DNA from: a virus
Lineage: Duplodnaviria > Heunggongvirae > Uroviricota > Caudoviricetes
IMG/VR virus record: IMGVR_UViG_3300032236_001858
Strand: one strand, 5' to 3'
DNA length: 64,000 nt
The notes beneath the pieces were generated by a model that searched no databases, had not been told where the DNA came from, and saw only the letters and a list, made by a program, of their open reading frames with translations. Below are positions 63,784 to 64,000 of this stretch, piece after piece. Position 1 is the stretch's first letter; each line of letters begins with the position of its first letter. The position numbers and the translations under genes are program-made.

Positions 63784-64000
63784 AAATAAAATTAATCCTA
63801 GCAATACCAATGCTTCTTTTAGCTACTCTAATATTTAATGAGGTTATCAACAAAGATTATGATATTTGGTATAAAATAATAATTTCAATATTTGGTGCAT
63901 TTTTTATCTATGAACCAATTAGAATTCTTTTACATAAAACAAAGTAAATTAGTAATATGAAAATAAACGAGCAGTTTTTAGAGAGCTATCTTAATAGCAA

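Noticed and set aside
1-64000. CRISPR arrays, rRNA genes, integrase or attachment sites
   Set aside because: I found no regularly spaced direct repeats, no rRNA-like GC-rich blocks, and no tyrosine or serine recombinase motifs in any ORF. The window looks like a virulent-phage segment.

Overview
This 64-kb window is AT-rich (about 30% GC), densely coding, and has no rRNA or CRISPR. It reads as part of the genome of a large virulent tailed phage. Three intergenic regions carry the Bacteroidetes-type sigma-A promoter signature (TTTG, 19-21 nt spacer, TAnnTTTG), and the encoded S21 is Bacteroidetes-like, so the host is probably a member of Bacteroidetes.

Content by strand and module:
- Structural genes, mostly on the minus strand: giant fibre or baseplate proteins rich in Ser/Thr/Asn/Gly (1074, 1430, 1370 and 1055 aa), a collagen-like fibre, and an Ig/FN3-like protein. 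Most are preceded by a recurrent TTAATATATA motif that looks like a late promoter.
- Recognisable enzymes: NAD-dependent DNA ligase, thioredoxin, SbcC/Rad50-like ATPase, Dam-type adenine methyltransferase, Sir2, an ECF-type sigma factor, a TOPRIM primase-like protein, a flotillin/SPFH protein, and a J-domain DnaJ-like protein.
- Three freestanding homing endonucleases, one each of the GIY-YIG, LAGLIDADG and HNH families.

The most striking content is a dispersed translation-manipulation toolkit:
- SmpB, a CCA-adding nucleotidyltransferase-like protein, a GatB/YqeY-domain protein, and three ribosomal-protein homologues (bS21, a bL12 C-terminal-domain protein, and a multi-S1-domain protein).
- A 3.2-kb tRNA island (58.1-61.4 kb) with about 18 tRNA or tRNA-like genes. 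It includes paired same-anticodon copies in which one copy is non-canonical, four consecutive Lys-anticodon tRNAs (three with class-II long-variable-arm bodies), two tRNA genes interrupted by 57-68-nt insertions between the D and anticodon arms, and a 106-nt tRNA-like RNA. A 210-aa mini histidyl-tRNA-synthetase-like protein and an HNH endonuclease are embedded in the island.
- A roughly 430-nt structured non-coding region (55.35-55.79 kb) downstream of a host-type promoter, which is a candidate ncRNA.

All tRNA parses and domain calls were made by eye and need tool confirmation.
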